From Mytilus trossulus (lineage: Eukaryota), in the NCBI RefSeq assembly GCF_036588685.1, contig NC_086374.1:47678001-47742000 (forward strand): DNA of 64,000 nt. The letters run 5' to 3'. The notes under the pieces are model-generated. The model did no database searches and was not told the DNA's origin. It worked only from the letters and a program-made list of their open reading frames with translations. Below, piece by piece: positions 59,569-64,000 of the stretch; positions within the stretch are counted from its first letter, which is position 1; every line of letters starts with the position of its first letter. The position numbers and the translations under genes are program-made.

Positions 59569-59883
59569 ACATGAGTCACAACAGCTAAATAAAATGATAT
59601 CTTTCTTTCTATTTATTTAATAAAAAGGTTTGTAACAATTAAAAAAGACAGCATATGCAGTACATAAAGTTCATTTTATTATACCGCATTAGATGCATTA
59701 TGTAACAACCTTTACAATAAATAGTTTTAATATTGATAGCAATCTATGAACATGTGTTGAGGTTATTTGTATGTTTCTTGGTTTGTCCAAAAACATCGAT
59801 ACAAATGCTACTTAATTTGATTGTGACTAACACGTATTTTTTAATATTCGATTTAAAAAAAAAAGCAATTAGTTTCTCGGATG

Positions 59884-59891
59884 TATAAATA
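59884..59891 (+). promoter_or_regulatory. TATA box of MSP-like gene B
   Basis: TATAAATA starting 53 nt before the ATG at 59937. Confidence 0.7.
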
Positions 59892-59936
59892 CAGAGCAGC
59901 ATACATCTCACCAATTAATCTAAACGTTTTGTCAAC

Positions 59937-62147
59937 ATGGTGAACATTAAACTCTGTGTGTTTTTCCTGATCGTAGGGCTGTGTTCTACTGTTGATGGGT
60001 CCTGTTTTATGCAGAAAACAACAGGTAAACTTTAATTATCCATTTACCGTATGTTTATTTTCCATTTTCCTTTTTCGTTTACCTGTTAAAAGTTTTAAAC
60101 TTGTAGTTGTACATGTTATATAACTCCCAATTGCAGGATACTAAGGACATGAATTTAAACTTTTAGAAAATCGCCAATAAAATATATGCCTCTCTACAAG
60201 CACGATTATTCTTTAAAAAGAAGCAACGTGTATTTCACAAAACTTTCTTGCAGCTAATCTCATTCATCATTACAGTTTTAGATTACCGGATTTAATATGA
60301 TAATGGTCAATTCATCAATTTTATATAAAAAAAATGCCAACAAAAATATTTCATAAAGATAAAAATGTTGGCTGCTGCAAATGTTATAAAAGTGCTCTCC
60401 GTGCATATATATAAGGGTCCTGTATTGGTTTCTTTAAATTAACAAATATTTTAAAAATAAGATTCTAACTTAATAAAATCAACGGTACCAATTTTGTTGC
60501 ACCAGATGCGCATTTCGACAATACATGTCTCTTCAGTGATGCTCGTGTTAACTTATCACAATCACGATGCCACTCTATTATTGCAGAAAAAATGATTCAA
60601 ATTCTTTTTTTTTTATTGCATTCTTTATTTTTCAATGTATTGGTATATGTCGGTACAGTATACGGTTTTAAGGATTCCTCAGTATTATTATATGGTAAAA
60701 CTCATAACGGGTAGTAGAGTAATTGAGTTGAACGTCACAGCAATTGATCAGAAATGATAGTCACATAACTATATATTATGATTTGAACATCAACAAACAT
60801 CCAAGAATTACCTTCCAAGGTTCAAGTGTAGTTGATATTGGAAACTATTGGCAATTGTACTGCATTCTACAATGAGAAAAAAACATACAGTATTATCAGC
60901 TATAAAAAATACAAACAAACTACAATCACTGAACTATAGGCTCCGAATTGGGACGGTAGTTATTTAATTTAAAAGTTATTATAAACAATTTTCAGTGCAA
61001 CAATTTTTCAATATTTATAGCAAATGCTATCATTTCTATTATGAAAATAATTATGGATTATTTGTTAGACGATTATACAATTTAACATGAGCAATGGTGG
61101 TATACAGGGTTGAAAAATATTAAGATATGATTAAAATGATTTTAGAGAAATATCGAGTATAGAACCAAGGCAAAAGATTCGGACCAAGTTTCTGAAATTT
61201 GGGTTTTACATGCATTTCATTGTCTCATTGGCAAAAATACCACATCTTCTTTTTTATATTTCAACTTCGTTATTTAAGTTGGGCTTTAATATTACTTTGA
61301 GATGAATATTTTGTTTTTAATGAATGTTACAGTAAATTGGTCAGTCGGGTTTGTTTCTTTTCTATAGATTGTATCTACAAAGGAATAATAATAAAAGATA
61401 AAGCCAATTACCAATCTATCAAAGAGTGCATCAATTGTAGCTGTTCGGGAGGATTACTACAATGCTGCTCGTAAGTTGTTTTTAATTATCTAATTGGTTT
61501 CATATTCTATCTATTTCTGTTATGTCGATTGGTTTCTGTGTATTCAATTTCGGAGTATTTTCAAAAATATTAAAATTTAAAAATAACTGACTTAAAACAT
61601 TAATCATCATTTTCGATTTACATCAAATAAGTATTTTTTTAGAGGTTTATGTTGGGATTAATATAGTATTACCATTTGTCTTTCGCCACCTATTGTTCGT
61701 TTTAAACATTGTCCATTATATAAACAATTTTAACCGCCACTATCAAATACCTTCACTAGCACAACTAGATGTTTTAATGATTTAGACTTGACCATTATAT
61801 TCTGCAATATATAACCTAAGCTGTATTTTGCAAAAAAACTTTTGGAATTACAGTTCCTCAATGTTCTGCAACTTCGTACTTTATTTGGACTGTTTAACTG
61901 ATTTTGAATGTTTTGTTCCCGTTTTACGAAACACATGTATGACGTTAATGTTTTTTTATTCTTGTATCCATGATGAGTTCATTCACGCGTATACAACTAA
62001 TTTGTTTGTTTCAGTATCGGCATGCACATCTCTAGCGCATCTACTGATTGTAAAGTGGTACCAGATGGACCTTGTTCTGAAAAGGCTGTTCTTATTACTG
62101 ACGAGACACAGCCCTGTCCAGGAGGATTTTCTATGACTGGGCGTTGA
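59937..62147 (+). CDS. Beta-microseminoprotein (PSP94/MSMB)-like secreted protein B, 107 aa. Exons 59937-60024, 61368-61470, 62015-62147
   Basis: MVNIKLCVFFLIVGLCSTVDG|SCFMQKTTDCIYKGIIIKDKANYQSIKECINCSCSGGLLQCCSIGMHISSASTDCKVVPDGPCSEKAVLITDETQPCPGGFSMTGR*. Same 10-Cys frame, intron positions and phases as gene A. AATAAA near 62179. Confidence 0.9.
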
Positions 62148-64000
62148 ATGTGAATAAGTGTCTTATTGATGTTGTATTAATAAAATTGATGATGAAATTT
62201 TGTTTTCTTATGTAAATAAGCCTTCATAACCTCTACTACAATCACTACTTTTTTCTCAATGCATATTACCATACAATACATAGTTTTTTTACGTCCGTCG
62301 TCATTGTTAAACTTTTACATACATCTTTTTTCTCTGATACAACTTGCCCATATGAAACCAAAATTTGCCACAACCATCCTGGAGGGCATCTATCTACTAT
62401 TTCAGGATTTGTCCGATCATTACATACAAACAATTACGGTTGCAAGACTTAAAAAACGCGATATATTCACAGTGTAATGTTGTCTTTTATAAACATTATA
62501 AATCAAGATAATATTGCCAAGCAGAAATATTCAGAGTTTCAAGAAATCATTTATATAGACTGTCAGACAGCATCATACGATAATTTTTGTCATTTCTTCG
62601 ATATAAGATGAAAGGGAAAACTAAAAAAAAAGATATATGAATATAACCATCGGGATACAAATTAAACAAATGTCTGAAATTCTCAGTTCATACATCAAAG
62701 GAGTGTTTTGATTTAACATGCATTTTTTGCTGTAGTATGCAGAAATAACTTTTTTCTTGTGTTTTGTTTTTCAAGAAAATATTTTTATCATTTGTTTTAA
62801 TTTTGTCTGTATCAATTTTGTGACGTTTGAATAAAATTGAAAATGGAAATAGGGAATGTGTCAAAGACACAACAATCCGACCATAGAGCAGACAACAGTC
62901 GAAGGCCTCCAATGGGTCTTCAATGCAGTGAGAAACTCCGGCACTAGGAGGAATCCTTCAGCTGATCCCTTAACAAATATTTGTATGAATGTTTACTTCG
63001 ATTTGACCTTATGTAAACAATTGTTAAACACAAATGAAAGTTAAATGTAAAAGTCAACATTAAAACATTAGTCGAGGTGAAATGCAGCTTGAATACATTT
63101 ACGTTTTAAAGCACAAAACATTACAGTTCTCTGGTCGTGCCTTTCTTATCAGACTTTCATTACTTTTTTGGTGAAGGTTTTCTTAACTTTTAATTCCATT
63201 GAATTTTCTTTTGTGTCACGTTTCTCAAGATATTCTATTTTTTTCTTTCTTTATAAAATGTGTCTTTCTTATCAAAGACAGTAACAATCAAAACCAATGA
63301 ATAAACTAAGACTCACAAAACCAAAGGATATTTACATCAACAGTTATGAATAATAATTAAGAAACAACACGAACTCCACTAAAAATCGGAAGTGAAATCA
63401 GGTGCTCCGGAAGGGTAAGCATTTCCTGCACCGTAAACGGTACCCGTCGTGTTATTTCTTTGTTCAGTTCTGTAAAGGAAATAGCAATAAAATTTAGTTA
63501 TCCTTCCATATATTTTGGAATGTCCTGAAAAAACGACTCTCACAATCAACAACGTTAATTTCATGATTGCAAAATCCCGAATCAAAAAGTGTCTACTCGA
63601 ACAACAAATACCTTTATCTCCTTGTGTAATATTCAGATAGAAAACGCAATTATTCTACAAAATTATATGATAGTATCTTCCAGACGTTTATGTAGATAAA
63701 TTGACAACCATCATATCTCCATAGCTCTTTTGTTCCACTCGTCTCAGATGGATATTGAAAAAATGGCCTTAAGGATGTACTTAGGTGAGGCCTTGGAATA
63801 AGTGTAAAATATTCAGACTCCTTGGCTTTTCCATACGTTACAAGAATTTTTTTTGCCCCATAACACCTTTTCATTTTTTAACATAATACTTAAAAGTTCA
63901 TATAAGGTAATTTTACAAAATATAAGCAGATTCTTGATTTTCTTTCTTTGGATTTTAGACCCAAATAATACCAATGCAAATATAAGGTAAAAGCCCGAGT

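Larger units (their letters stand above)
48030..59935 (+). repeat. Partial tandem segmental duplication: copy 1 ~48030-52168, copy 2 ~52438-59935
   Basis: Collinear homologous blocks: 48030/52438, 49495/52535, 49920/53370, 50330/53595, exon 50465/53729, 50625/55145, 50810/58410, 51250/58610, 51780/59570, TATA 52110/59884. Confidence 0.85.

Overview
AT-rich, intron-containing eukaryotic (metazoan) genomic DNA. It is not prokaryotic: there are no operons and no CRISPR array. The repeat families suggest a bivalve, probably a Mytilus-type mussel (inference). Reading splice sites by hand gives six protein-coding genes, most of them missed or fragmented by the ORF track: (1) a C2H2 zinc-finger gene (- strand, runs off the left edge); (2) CINP (-, 5 coding exons, 208 aa); (3) ribokinase RBKS (+, 8 coding exons, 308 aa), head-to-head with CINP with only 282 bp between the ATGs; (4) a DUF229 alkaline-phosphatase/sulfatase-superfamily membrane protein (-, uninterrupted CDS); (5,6) two tandem beta-microseminoprotein/PSP94-like secreted 10-Cys genes (+). 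Between the two MSP genes a partial tandem duplication left an extra intact terminal exon with a cysteine swap and an orphan TATA promoter. This is the most unusual structure in the window, although neutral decay remains a real explanation. The rest is dense with repeats: Helentron-type elements with satellite cores, tRNA-derived SINEs, MITEs with resolvable target-site duplications (TSDs), decayed Penelope-like and L1/Tx1 pieces (often nested), and a 12x39-bp minisatellite carrying a TACGTG motif in every unit. All family assignments come from motif recognition, with no database search run.
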